Part shown: positions 24,111 through 37,177 of the stretch, in pieces
Layout of the letters: every line of letters starts with the position of its first letter
Position numbering within the stretch: the stretch's first letter is position 1
DNA from: Octopus sinensis
Lineage: Eukaryota
Assembly: GCF_006345805.1 (NCBI RefSeq)
Contig: NC_043008.1
Span: 56,296,001 to 56,360,000 of the forward strand
Reading direction: 5' to 3'
DNA: 64,000 bases
The notes under the pieces: generated by a model
The model's database searches: none
The model's input: the letters and a program-made list of their open reading frames with translations, nothing else
What the model was told of the DNA's origin: nothing
Made by a program: the position numbers and the translations under genes

Positions 24111-24695
24111 AAATATATATCCGTGATGGTAAGATCAATAAAAAAAGTACTCTATCTGGTGACAGATAAATATTATTTAACAGACACACTACATGGTTTA
24201 CGTGCTACTAATATGTTGAGAAATACCTCAGACATAATCATCAGGCACGAACCACATAACATAATGTACTAAAAATTGAATTAAGGAAGAAACGGGAACA
24301 TACGATGAGTTACTTTTAGTTTCTCTGTACCACATCCACTCACAAGGCTTTGATCGGCCGGGGGCTATAGCAGAAGACACTTGCCCAAGGTGCCACGCAG
24401 TGAGACTGAACCCAGAACCATGTGGTTCGGAAGCAAGTTTCTTACTACATAACCATGCCTGTGCCTGTGCATTTTTGTTTTATAAATGTTTGGTTTGTAA
24501 TAGTTTTTTGTTTAGATTTTAAAGAACTTTTGAGTGTTCAATTTCAAGTTGTTAATGATATGTAATATAATCTAGTTAATTTATTCCTATGTACTCCACG
24601 ACATCGTCTAGTTTTTAAGCACATTCACTGTTTCTTCACATTTTGCTATCACAACAACAACAAAAACAACAACAACAACAACAATAATAATAATG

Positions 24696-24870
24696 AAGTT
24701 TATTTGCCACTTAAATGTGGCTAACCCTTAAGGGTGGATGCTACTGTAGCTTGTAGCCCCAGGAGGACACCTCCTGCAGTTGGCTATTGACACACTTTCT
24801 GTGCCCTATCAGTATTTGCACAGGGAAGCCATACTTCGCATTTTCAATCTGACATGATACAGCATTTACC
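24696..24870 (-). mobile_element. 3' end of RTE-like LINE (family of 6418-6545)
   Basis: TTTGCCACTTAAATGTGGCTAACCCTTAAGGGTGGATGCTACTG next to an (AAT)n/(AAC)n tract. Confidence 0.55.
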
Positions 24871-25128
24871 CAGTGAAATAAACTTCCATCAGCAAGCTAG
24901 AAAACCAAAGCATTATACACTCAACACACAATACAAGCAATAACACAACAAAAGACTGCATGCCAAGAGGGGAAAAAAATCCAGCATAATTCATTACCGG
25001 GAAGAGTTTATACACTCCCAACAACAGAAAAAACAACAACACAATGCTGCACCCCCCCCCCAGCAACACGGTGGTGTAGCAGGTGATGCTGTAGAAATTT
25101 GCCTCAATTGAACAGTTATAAAATAATG

Positions 25129-25200
<72 letters not shown>

Positions 25201-25615
25201 TAATAATAATTGTCGATGTGAGAACTCTGTCGATGTGAGAACGTATTGAGAAGAGCAATGTCGATGTGAGAACTATTACTACCCATGTATTTTAATTTAA
25301 CTTTATTTCTATAAAAAAAAAATGAACGAACTAGTGAGTTTAGTTTAATGGCCTACCAATGTATACTATGAGTTTCTTTGCCCTAGGAGTCGGGAAGACA
25401 CTCGGCAAGAAATGGAAGCAAACTTGAAAGAAGAAGAAAAACCCATAAATAATAATAATAACATTCATGAATTTTTTTATTTATTAATTCTTTTTAAATA
25501 CATATTTTACCTGTGAATTTGCGCGTGTAATCTGGGAATGCATACAATGAGCTTCTCTATCCTAGGTGTACGGAAAACACTCGGCGAGAAACGGAAGAAA
25601 ATTTGAAGAAAGAAG

Positions 25616-25670
<55 letters not shown>

Positions 25671-27576
25671 CCTTTCTACTATAGACACATAATTTTGGGA
25701 GCGAGGCTAATCGATTACATCGACCCCTGTGCTTAATCATATATGTACTGTTTATCAAATTTATTCAGATAGCATTATTTGCATTGGGATTATAGAAAAA
25801 GACACTTGCTCAAGGTGTCGCGCTGTGAGACTAAACTCGAAACCAAATGGTTAAAAACCGAGCTTCTTAGGCATTCTTGAAACTTCGATTGATAATCTAG
25901 AAGGGGCGTTAAAATTGTTAATTATATTTCCGATTAATAATTCCGTAAACAATTTTCTGTTATACACCGTTGTGTATGTTTTGCACAACGTGGATGTTCT
26001 GTAGAGAATCACACAACTGCAGTATTCGCCTCGAAAAAGCAGTTGTGTGGTTTATTATTTTTGGGGGGTTTTAGTACATCCACGGTGAGTGCGATATACA
26101 AAATGCTATTTTGAACTAATACTGCTTCCGTCACTATTAACGGATTGTTAGTTACATAATTTATCGATATACTCCGACTGTTGGTCCTTGCCCTTTGCGG
26201 GTGCTTTTTTTTTGTTTTCTTTCGTGATATATTTTAAATCTCTTATTTGTTTAAAAAAATTTTGCTACGTTTTTTGCCCTTCCTCTATTTATAACATAAA
26301 TACAGCCCATCATGTTTGTAATAATTTTGTATAAACAGTTCTGTATTTCGTGTATTGGTTCCTGTATCCAATAAAGAAACCACATATTTTCATGAGTTAA
26401 TTCTTCTGTCAACCTTTGCACTTTAATTCCTGTGGCTGAGTTACGAGAAAAATCGAAGAACAAACAAAAAATAAAAAGCAAATAATGAAAAACATACATA
26501 TCAAATAAACATAAAATATAGCAAGAGTGCGTAAAATAAAGAAGGTGTTTGATTAAACTTGAGGCGGTCTGGTACAACTAAGGTGACACTTCGTTGTTTG
26601 TTCATACCAGTCACCAGATGTCGCTGGTTACTTTTCTTTTGAAATGTGTTTTCATATATTTGTTGTTTGGCTGTTCTGGGGGTTGTTTTAATTGCTATTT
26701 CCTGGTTGTTTAAACTGTAGAAAGATAAAATAATAATAATAATAATAATAATAGTAATAATAATGAAAATAATGATGAAATCATGGGGAGAGAGAAAGAA
26801 AAAATAAAACAACAGCACAAAGTAAGAAACTGTAAAATGCATTTGGAGAATTAAAAGTGACCAGTTTAGGAGTTTTAAATTAGTAGTTGGTCTGTGAACA
26901 GAATTTGTTCTCGAGTTGATGTAAGGTTTTTAATGGAACTAGTAGCCTTAGTAAGAAGAAAGCTGGCAGAACACGATAGTGAGATAAAGAGAACGAACGA
27001 GAGTAAGACAGGAAAATAAACGACAGAAAAGCAGGCAGACGGCTAGGTAAATTGACAGACAGACAGACAGAAAGGTAGATAAATAGATAGATAGATAAAT
27101 AGATAAATAGACAGAGAGGTACACAGAAAGACAGGTAGATATATAGATCGTTAAAAAGACCAACGTTTTCAAATAACCAACGCATTTACGATGTCTAGGA
27201 TAGGTTGCGTATTCGTTGTATAAATCACGATTAAATCAAAGGAGAACAAAACAATTATATGCATTGAAAATATCTAATCTGAGTGGAATACAAAAAACCC
27301 TAATCCTTCCCAAAAACAAAACAAAAGCAAAAATAAACAATCGCATAAACTTGCAATTTAGATAAAAATAGAAATCTGATAGAAAGCGCAATCTTTAGGA
27401 CCAAAACAAATTCTGGATTAAAAGCGGCTTAAGTCTCACCGAAAAACGTATAGTGAAAAACAGACGTTTTAATCTGGATTATTGGCTGATATAATTCCAA
27501 ATTGTCTTAAAGGGCCAGAAAGGGACATAGGCATAACTTATTCGCTGACCAACTTTTATTATATGTGACAGAAAAG

Positions 27577-27651
<75 letters not shown>

Positions 27652-27719
27652 AACAATTCTCTCTTGCAGTGATTTCTGTTGTGAAATATTACGCAGTTTA
27701 TAATTAGAGGTACTGTTAC

Positions 27720-27753
<34 letters not shown>

Positions 27754-28080
27754 TATTATTACCACCATCATCATCATCAAATAATCTGCTCCCATAAGAA
27801 CTGGTTCATTTTGAATTTTTGCAGCTTTTGTTCTCAGCCTATAAAAACAAGCCTAAAAAAAGAAGAGAGAAAAAAAATTGGCATTTTGGGTGATAAGAAC
27901 ATTTTCATGCTATCACGAAAGTAATTTTTTTTGTTTTGTGAATTGTTGTTATTCACCAAATCTAAGAAGACAGACACCAGTTTTTGGAATTTTGATAAAT
28001 ACTTTTACCAACAGTCGCTGTAATTTCATTGGGTAAGTTTGAAAAACATTTTTAATTCGTCATCTTCACCTACACACACA

Positions 28081-28111
<31 letters not shown>

Positions 28112-28392
28112 CACACACACACACGCACGCACACACACATGCACATACACACATACACACGCGTGCACTCAGTTGTACCTACGTAATTGTGTCTATGTAA
28201 CTATGCATGCGTGTATGTATGTGAGTGTGATGTGTGTGAAGTTTGCATGAAGAAATTATAAGGTGCTACTCAGGCACTCAACGATGAGACCACCGCATTT
28301 CACAGCGGAAACAGCTGTAAGCTACTGAAGTTCATATGATAATCATTTATTTCTTTATCACCCCTTTTTTTCTTATATATTGGGTTATCCCA

Positions 28393-28615
28393 TACTCTTT
28401 TACTCTTTTACTTGTTTCAGTCATTTGACTGTGGCCATGCAGGAGCACCGCCTTTAGTCGAGGAAATCGATCCCGGGATTTATTCTTTGTAAGCCTAGAA
28501 CTTATTCTATCGGTCTCTTTTGCCGAACCGCTAAGTTACGGGGACGTAAACACACCAGCATCGGTTGTCAAGCGGTGTTGGGAGGACAAACACACACACA
28601 CATACATACATATAT

Positions 28616-28662
<47 letters not shown>

Positions 28663-28826
28663 TATATACGTTGGGCTTCTTTCAGTTTCCGTCTACCAAA
28701 TCCACTTACAAAGCTTTGGTCGGCCTGAGGCTATAGTAGAAGACACTTGCCCAAGGTGTTACGCAGTGGAACTGAACCCGAAACCATGTGGTTGGTAAGC
28801 AAGCTACTTACCACTCAGCCACTCCT
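28393..28826 (-). mobile_element. SINE family B
   Basis: Reverse complement of the family B consensus, inserted at a mariner end. Confidence 0.92.
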
Positions 28827-29702
28827 ATGCGGTTTTTTTATACTTCTTTTATTTTTCAAAATTACGATAAAGTTCTTTTTTAATCTAAAATATACTCTCC
28901 TTGATTCTCTACAATGTTCTTCCATCTGTCTGGTAGATATGCAAGACCCCAATTCCAACACTTCCTTGTCCGTAAAGAAAAATACCATTCCGGTATTGCT
29001 CTGATCTCGTCTACAGAGTTCATAAATTTTCCGTCTAAATGATTTTGAAAACTGCCGAATAAATGACAATCAGATGGGGCAATATCCGGCGAATATGGTG
29101 GGTGGGTCATCGTTTTCCATTCAAACTGCTCCAGCCTTTGGAATGTCATCCTCATACGTGGCCGAGTATTATCCTCATGAAAGAACACCTTTCGTCTTCA
29201 AAGCAAAGATGGTTGCTTTTATTGTAGCGCAGCTGTCGATGAATGGTTGAACGACGAAATCCAAGCTTCTCTGCTAGTTTCTCAACAGTTACGATGAGTT
29301 TTTGTTCCCTCAGGATTTGCAGGACGCCCACTTCGAGCTCTACTGATCTTCCAGGACGAGGCTCATCTTCAAGGCTGTAGTTTCTAGTTCTGAATCTCTA
29401 GAACTACCGTTCTTGACACTGGCTTACGCTTATTGTGCGAACCTCATATTTATATTTCTTGCACTTTCCGTTGAGTTGTTACTTTTATTGAACTCATAAA
29501 GCAAAATATGCCGAATATGCTCCTTTATTACTCCCATTATAGTTTTGAGAAAATAACTGTTAAAATCGAACTGCACTCTTCAAAATTTGCACAGAGAATA
29601 TTAACAAGTTTTAAGCAAGTTGGTGCAGGCAGTTTATCCCAGCCCTCTCCGACTTTTCTAACATGCAATTGAAAATACCGCATTATTTATAGGATAATCC
29701 AA
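28827..29702 (-). mobile_element. mariner transposon relic, internally deleted
   Basis: ORF 28880-29188 FHEDNTRP...HPPYSPDIAPSDCHLF; TIR TTGGATTATCCTATAAATAATGCGGT at 29702 next to TA. Confidence 0.88.
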
Positions 29703-29808
29703 TACATGCATACATACATACATACATACATACATACATACATAATACACATGCGCATACACACGTATACATACGTGTATCAGCCGAAATTGTGAGGATG
29801 ATCCGGTT

Positions 29809-29862
<54 letters not shown>

Positions 29863-29910
29863 ATCCAAACATGAAAACACAACAAGCGAGTACGTGGAAC
29901 AAGTGTTACT

Positions 29911-29944
<34 letters not shown>

Positions 29945-30147
29945 CTATATATATATATAGTCAATGTATCATATATCCGGGAAAAAAGTACACTCTAAAG
30001 CATGGAACAGTAACGTATTATAAATAGCTAAGTACTCAATAGATGTGAAACCATTGGTCACTGTATGACCGGACATAAACTTAACTATTTATATATATAT
30101 ACGCTGGCAACTTGATAAGATCTTTAAAGTGATTTTATCCTTAATTC

Positions 30148-30185
<38 letters not shown>

Positions 30186-30188
<3 letters not shown>

Positions 30189-31160
30189 GGTTTACAAGAA
30201 AGTAATTTGGTTTTTTCAGCGTGAAATAAAAGTCATCTTTTTTCATATAAGGAATGAACTTTAATCAAATATATATCTTCCATTTTTTTCGTCGATCTTT
30301 TGCCACCTTTCTGGCAACTTCACGATTCCACGCTCATAGAATGTCTGGTCCATTTTAACCCCAAACCGAAACAAGTGTGATTTCAGGCCATCATCATTAT
30401 CGAAAGTTTTACCATTCAAAGAATTTTGCAAACTTCAAAATAAATGATAATATGATAGTGCAAGGTCAGGTATATGGTGGATGTGACATCACTTCTGAAC
30501 CAATAATCTTTCACGAGTTAGCCAAGACATGTGTGGTCTAGCATTGTCATGATGAAACACGATTCCTTTACGTTTTGCCAATTCTAGCCGTTTTTCTTTG
30601 ATCGCCTTCTCTCGTTTCATTAGTTGCTGAGAGTAAACATCTGAATTGATCTTTTGGTTCCTTGGAAGCAGCTCAAAATATACAACACCTTTGTAATCCC
30701 ACCAAATTGATAGCATGACCTTTTTTGATGCAATTCAGCTTTCGATGTGGTTTGGGTTGGGTCATTATACTTGGACCATGATTTTTTTGATGCTGTTGTA
30801 GATAATCCATTTTTCGTCACCGGTGATGATTCGTTTAAAAGGAAGTCAATTCCATTGCGTTTGAGGTGCATATCGCAAATATTGATTCGTTGTGTTCAGT
30901 GAATCTGTTTCAATTTATGTGGAATCCAAATATCGAGCTTACTCTTTTACTCTCTCTCTTTTACTTGTTTCAGTCCTTTGACTGTGGCCATGCTGGAGCA
31001 CCGCCTTTAGTCGAGCAAATCGACCCCGGGACTTATTATTTGTAAGCCCAGTACTTATTCTATCGGTCTCTTTTGCCGAACCGCTAAGTGACGGGGACGT
31101 AAACACACCAGCATCGGTTGTCAAGCAATGCTAGAGGGACAAACACAGACACACAAACAT

Positions 31161-31215
<55 letters not shown>

Positions 31216-31800
31216 ACATATATACGACAGGCTTCTTTCAGTTTCCGTCTACCAAATCCACTCACAAGGCATTGGTCGGCCCGAGGCTATAGCAGAAGAC
31301 ACTTGCCCAAGATGCCACGCAGTGGGACTGAACCCAGAACCATGTGGTTGGTAGGCGAGCTACTTACCAGACAGCCACTCCTGCGCTTCTTTAAAATGCC
31401 CAAGAAATTTAAAGTGATTTTCAGTTGTGTGTGATACATTTAACCTCTCTGCAATCTCTCTCAGAGTTACATGATAAACAGATTCAATTATGGCTTTGAT
31501 TCGGTCGTCATCAACTTCAGTAGATCGACCAGAACGTTGGCCATCTTTGAGTGTAAAATCTCCAGAATGGAATTTTTAAATCCATTTCTGACATGTGCGC
31601 CCTGTTAAGCAATCAACACCATAAACTTCACATATCTCTTTGTGAGCTTCAGCACCTTTCTTGCCTTTATGGAATAAAGCAAAAATATGGCGAAAATGTT
31701 CGTTTTTGCACTTCATGTCAAAACTGACACTGAACTAACAGCTGTAAACAAAGTCATGCGCAATTTGCTTCTAAAGTAAGCTAAAAGTAACGGCTATCAA
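30186..31800 (-). mobile_element. mariner transposon relic interrupted by SINE B
   Basis: MLSIWWDYKGVVYFELLP...FHHDNARPH and the ESSPVTKNG region (frameshifted GDEKW); TIR-like GGGTTTACAAGAAAGTAATTTGGTTTT at 30188. Confidence 0.85.
30939..31386 (-). mobile_element. SINE family B
   Basis: Near-complete copy nested in the mariner. Confidence 0.92.
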
Positions 31801-31865
31801 ATGTCAAAAGGAAACGATCGTATGCATGGATACGTGCTCTATAAATGCCCATAACACACCTTATA

Positions 31866-31979
<114 letters not shown>

Positions 31980-33177
31980 ATATATATATATGTATCTATC
32001 TATCCATCGGTATATTATCTCTTATTATTAAAAGGCAGATTTTATCTGCCTCCCTTGGGAGTTATACAATCTACAATATAGGATTTCTTCAATTACATTT
32101 ACCTACCATTTTTAAGAGTACAATGCATCGCGTCATGCCAGGTCCAGTTTTTAAAATTTAAACTCCAATTAAGCAAAATTTACAGAAAACTCACATTCTG
32201 GTGTGTGTGTCAAATGCTTTTCTTAGTCTGGTTTACACCACACGCAAACGCACACACACATGTGCAACGAATAAAATGAAAGTAAATAGCGACAGAGTGA
32301 TTTGAGGAAGACTAAACTGAAAGTATTTAACCACTACTTAAAAAATAAAAAAACACAGCAAACAGAAACAAATAAATACATAACTATTTACTCTCACACA
32401 ATTTCTTCAATTAGAATTTACCTAAGATTTTTCAGAGTACTTCAGTGGGTGATGCCATAAAAAATTTCTTTCAATTTTACCACCAATTAAGACAAAATTC
32501 GAGAAAAATAATCATATACACATATCACTCCGAAAGCATTGATGTACATGTGCGTGCGTGCGTGAGTGTGTGTGTGTCATTCCTCACACACACGCATACA
32601 CATACATATACAACTACATACAACTACATACACATACAACTACATACAAACACGTGTGTGTTTGTTATTAGTAAAAAAGGCGCCAAAACTCAACTCACTT
32701 ATCATTCCACACATTTGCAAAGACACACGGACGGACAGAAAAGGTAAATTGGTTTTTATTTTACTCTGTATATATTTTATTATATATATATATATAGATA
32801 TTGTATATATAATTGCAGTATGAAACAGTGTTTATGTATAACAGACGACACTTATATATAGTTACCAAGCCGCCCGAATTTACCTATTCATATTTAAATG
32901 AGATATCAGAGCAAATCTCTTTAGTACATTCGTGAAAACACGTATTATACTTCGTAAACACTTCAACTACAGTTTTGTACAAAAATCGAAGTGTATTTTA
33001 ATTCCGTGAATCATGGGAGATTTTTTTTTCCGAAATTTGTTCCTATTGTGTTTTCAAAATTTGTAATTCTGACAAAAATGGATACGAATTTCATTATATC
33101 AAGCAGCGAGTCAGATTCGAAGGATTTTCTACTGAAGACCTTCATAAATCTAACTCTATGACTGAAAAAAAAAAGCA

Positions 33178-33565
33178 TCTTTATATAAGAGTGAAGTTGT
33201 GTGTCTGTCTCCTACGATTTAGATTCCTAACTACTCCCACATTTTGCGGTGCAGTTTAACCAAAGCGGCTATCTTATAGTCGTGATTCATATCGAGCCCT
33301 TCTGGGTATTAGCGTGCGTCTACGATGAGTCTACGATTTTAAAAAAATTTACCATCATATTTTTCCATTTTAATGCATTTTTTCGCTTTTATATAGGGAA
33401 GTACTCTCTAAAAATATCTACGATGTGTCAACGATTTAAAAATAAATTTACCTTAATTTTTTTCAATTTTTAATGCATTTTTTTCCTATTTTTTGGCTAT
33501 AACTCTCTAAAAATGCTTATATATTATTTCCCTTACAACCCGAGCAACGCCGGGCGATACTGCTA

Positions 33566-33566
<1 letters not shown>
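33178..33566 (+). mobile_element. non-autonomous Helitron with canonical ends
   Basis: A|TC start (33178), 3' hairpin CCCGAGCAACGCCGGG, CTAG|T end (33566), no TSD. Confidence 0.88.
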
Positions 33567-33617
<51 letters not shown>

Positions 33618-33620
<3 letters not shown>

Positions 33621-33789
33621 AACGAATTTCCTGGCAGAGGTTGAAACCTCAACCATTATTATGCCACTACTTCTAGCACCTTACCTACTAGGCCACTGTA
33701 GCAGCTTCGGTGGCCTAGTAGGTAAGGTGCTAGAAGTAGTGGCATAATAATGGTTGAGGTTTCAAACCTCTGCCAGGAAATTCGTTTTT
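33618..33789. repeat. palindrome of two divergent tRNA-like Pol III heads (79/80-bp arms, 13-nt spacer) in (TA)n
   Basis: Right arm TGGCCTAGTAGGTAAGG (A-box-like), GAGG-TTTCAAA-CCTC (T-arm/B-box-like), then T7; the left arm is its reverse complement with one indel. Confidence 0.9.
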
Positions 33790-34546
33790 TTATATATATA
33801 TATATATATACACACACCACATATATATATATACACATAGATATAGATATAGATATAAAATGTTGAGCGGAGCCATTCTAAGTTAGAGTACCTTTCTAAA
33901 GCGTCGATCAATTAATTAACAGTGTTTGCAAATCGATGGAAAAGAAATGAGAGAGAAAAGGTAAATCACGTGTTAGGAAAGAGAGTACAGAGGGGGTGAT
34001 TGCGTGCAAGTAAGAGAGAGAGAGAGAGAGAGAGGAGACGGAGGAGACAGAGTAAGAAAAACAGAGAGGGAGAGATATAGGTATACAGGGAATAAGTTAG
34101 TGAAGTCTTGTCTAGTCTTTCTTAGAAACGAAAAGGAGAAAAAGAAGAGAGAGGGAACAGGAAAATGAGGAGAGACTAAAATGGAGAATTTTTTGTGACG
34201 AAAAATATAAAAAAGCAAAAAGTGGAAAATACGCAATTTATTCGAGAAACTAGGTCTTTTATTGTGCAACTGCATAATGGAATAAGATTACTAATGTAAA
34301 GCGTAAACAAATGTTCGTTTCTATTTGGAAACGACAAGAAAGAAAAATAAATCGTGGTATATTATCGATACTTAGTCTCTAACCCAAGTAAATAAACGGA
34401 AGAAATGGGTTTTTGCCTAAAGAGTTCAGAGGGAAGGGGAGTAAGTCACTTTTAAGTGGTATGATAGACCTGTGCTTTCACACACACACAGCACACAGCA
34501 CACGCACAGACACACACACACACACACACACGATATCGTGTGTGTA

Positions 34547-34602
<56 letters not shown>

Positions 34603-34683
34603 CATATATATATATACATATATATATACATATATATATACATATACATACATACATACATACATATATATATATACATATAT

Positions 34684-34756
<73 letters not shown>

Positions 34757-34819
34757 TTGTGGTATATAACATATATGCAAAGAAAATATGTAGTTTTATT
34801 ACTGTAAACGTATTTTTGT

Positions 34820-35659
34820 TGACACATTAGAAACGAATTCAATAAGCTTGCGTATGCAGGTTGTCGTCTCTATAACCGATTCCACATGACTTTGACAACC
34901 CTGTGTTGTTACATAATGGTATTGAAAAGCCTTCCATTCCCGTGAGTCATGTTGTCGGTATGGAATAAACTTATGAATCGATGGAACCTATTCTGAAAGG
35001 AGTTAATTACTCAGTTCATAAGTGGAATACTTGTGGTGATTTAAAGGTGATTTCCCTCCCCAAGGACTGCAGCTGAGATGTACCAAAAATATGTATTTCT
35101 TGTGTGTTTGGAACAGCCGTAACGACAGCAATCATTACACTGTAAAAGACTGGCCTAAAGTGATGAGAGCATTGTTGGTAGGTACAATGTGCAGCATATG
35201 CCACTGGTAGACCCGCAAAAAATCTTCCTTCCACCCCTTCACATCAAATTCGGTCTCATGAAAAACTTCATAAAAGCAATGACACACGATGGTTGTGGCT
35301 TCCAGTACCTAAAAGTAAAATTTGGTGCAGAGAAAAGTGACGCAAAACTGAAAGCAGGCATTTTCAGTGGACCCGAGATTAGAGAATTGATATCTGATAG
35401 CAAATCAGAGGTAAAACTGAATCCAGTTGAGCTGACGGCATGCGATTCATTCGCACTAGTTGTACAGAACTTTCTTGGAAATCATAGAGCTGAAAACTAT
35501 GCTGATTTAATAAAGAACATGCTAACGCGGTATGAAAGAATATCCCTTAAAATGCACTTCTTGCATTCTCATACCGATTCTTTTCCAACGAATCTTAGTG
35601 ATGAGCACGGTGAGAGGTTCTACCAGGACATATCTGAGATGGACACAAGGTATCAAGGC
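34820..35659 (+). mobile_element. Chapaev-like (CMC superfamily) transposase relic
   Basis: PVLLHNG...KWNTCGDLKVI (frameshifted); PPLHIKFGLMKNFIKAM; GIFSGPEIR; QNFLGNHRAENY; LKMHFLHSH; SDEHGERFYQDISEMDTRYQG. Confidence 0.82.
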
Positions 35660-36022
35660 CTGTGGGAGTTTATGATTCAGTACGACCATGAGAGAGAGAA
35701 TAGGAAGCCAGACATAATCTTAATTGAGAAAGAAAACAAACTATGCTGGATCATATATATAGCATGCCCAGCTGACAACAAGGTATGCGATAAGGAAGAA
35801 AGAAAAGTTGATATATATGACAGGTTAGCTTGGGAGGTTAAGCAGTTGTTGTCGATGGAAATGGTGGTAGTAGTACCAATAATTGTCGGAGCCCTGGGAA
35901 CAGTGAGTAAAAATTTTGCGGAGTACATGGAACAAATAGGGGCTGCAATAAGAGTGGGGCACTCGCAGAAAACAGAAGTGCTTGGAATCGCTCGAATACT
36001 CCGGAAGGTGCTCGAAAAATAA
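35189..36022 (+). pseudogene. 277-aa chimeric ORF: Chapaev-like transposase C-terminal part fused in frame to a restriction-like endonuclease
   Basis: Junction RYQG|LWEF at about 35659/35660 with no stop or frameshift. Confidence 0.75.
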
Positions 36023-36097
36023 AAGGGGGTTACCTTAGTTCACTGGTAGTGAACATCTGACACTGTAGTATATCTCTAGCATTAGAAGCTGTGCAAA

Positions 36098-36145
<48 letters not shown>

Positions 36146-36152
36146 TAATAAT
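35660..36152 (+). mobile_element. 5'-truncated R4/Dong-like non-LTR retrotransposon ending in (AAT)n
   Basis: LWEFMIQYD..RKPDIILIEK...IACP..KE..K...VPIIVGALG...LGIARILRKVL matches the R4-clade RLE domain; short 3' UTR then (AAT)n at 36101-36152. Confidence 0.85.
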
Positions 36153-36159
36153 AGTTCTT

Positions 36160-36360
36160 TCTAATTTGGCATCAAGCCCTCAATTTTAGGGAGAGAAATT
36201 TAGTTGATTAGATGCATCCACTCCTGTACCTGACTGGTACTTTATTTTTATCGGCCCTCTGAGGATGGAAAGGAAAGTTATTCTCGGATCAATTTGAACT
36301 CAGAAATTAAAAAGCCGGAAGAAATGTCACTAAGCATTTTGTCCGACGATAATATCTTTT
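36160..36360 (-). mobile_element. diverged SINE family A
   Basis: CTGGTACTTTATTTTTATCG...GAATTTGAACTCAGAA-like remnants. Confidence 0.6.
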
Positions 36361-36523
36361 GAATCATTAATTGTCTAATTCGACTTTCTCCCGTTTGTAC
36401 AGCACATGTGCTGAACACATCTTTTCGTCCTGAAAGAATACAATAACGTGCATAATAAAAGAATTTATCAAATGTAGAAAATATAATAAAAATACATTCC
36501 AAGTATATGTACTGAAACATATA

Positions 36524-36907
36524 GTGGAGGCGCAATGGCCCAGTGGTTAGGGCAGCGGACTCGCGGTCATAGGATCGCGGTTTCGATTCCCAGACCGGGC
36601 GTTGTGAGTGTTTATCGAGCGAAAACACCTAAAGCTCCACGTGGCTCCGGCAGGGGATGGTGGGGATCCCTGCTGTACTCTTTCACCACAACTTTCTCTC
36701 ACTCTTACTTCCTGTTTCTGTTGTACCTGTATTTCAAAGGGCCGGCCTTGTCACTCTCTGTGTCACTCTGAATATCCCCGAGAACTACGTTAAGGGTACA
36801 CGTGTCCGTGGAGTGCTCAGCCACTTACACGTTAATTTCACGAGCAAGCTGTTCCGTTGATTCGGATCAACCGGAATCCTCGTCGTCGTAACCGACTGAG
36901 TGCTTCC
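36524..36907 (+). mobile_element. tRNA-headed SINE family C
   Basis: A-box TGGCCCAGTGG, B-box GGTTTCGATTCC; 3' body shared with 38546-38849; 5' 200 bp shared with 40010-40202. Confidence 0.85.
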
Positions 36908-37177
36908 AATCCAATGAAATATATGCACACAAATGTTTGTGTACGCCAGTGTGTGTATGTGTGTGTGAGTGTGTGTGCGCGCGTGTGTGCATGTGTGCTT
37001 GTGTGCTAGTGTATCTGTGTCTGTGTATGTACGCGTATACCAACCGAAGTCTAACAAATCAACACAACACATCATAGTGTTAAGATGCCATTTTAAAGAT
37101 AGAGTGTTAGTACTTGTAGATTCTCCTGGTGCCCAAAATTTCTATGAAAAGTTGCTACTCAGCCAAGATCTCGTTTT

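Noticed and set aside
25211-25273. Three copies of TGTCGATGTGAGAAC as a CRISPR-like array
   Set aside because: 15-bp repeat with 2- and 16-bp spacers, no cas genes, eukaryotic context; a local templated duplication after an (AAT)n tract.
28278-28325. ACGATGA...GAAA-CAGCTG-TA
   Set aside because: Two core mismatches and no helix I; at best an unrecoverable relic.
30010-30070. GAAA-CCATTGG-TC-ACTGT with upstream ACAGT complement
   Set aside because: The 3' half is hammerhead-like but there is no CUGANGA core after the putative helix I.
32014-33177. Possible longer Helitron starting TCTCTTATTATTAAAAGG
   Set aside because: The 5' end is suggestive, but no 3' hairpin/CTRR end of its own is visible.
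36524-36600. tRNA gene calls for SINE heads (also 33710, 38546, 51926)
   Set aside because: A and B boxes are present, but there is no complete cloverleaf or acceptor stem; they continue into repeat bodies or terminators.
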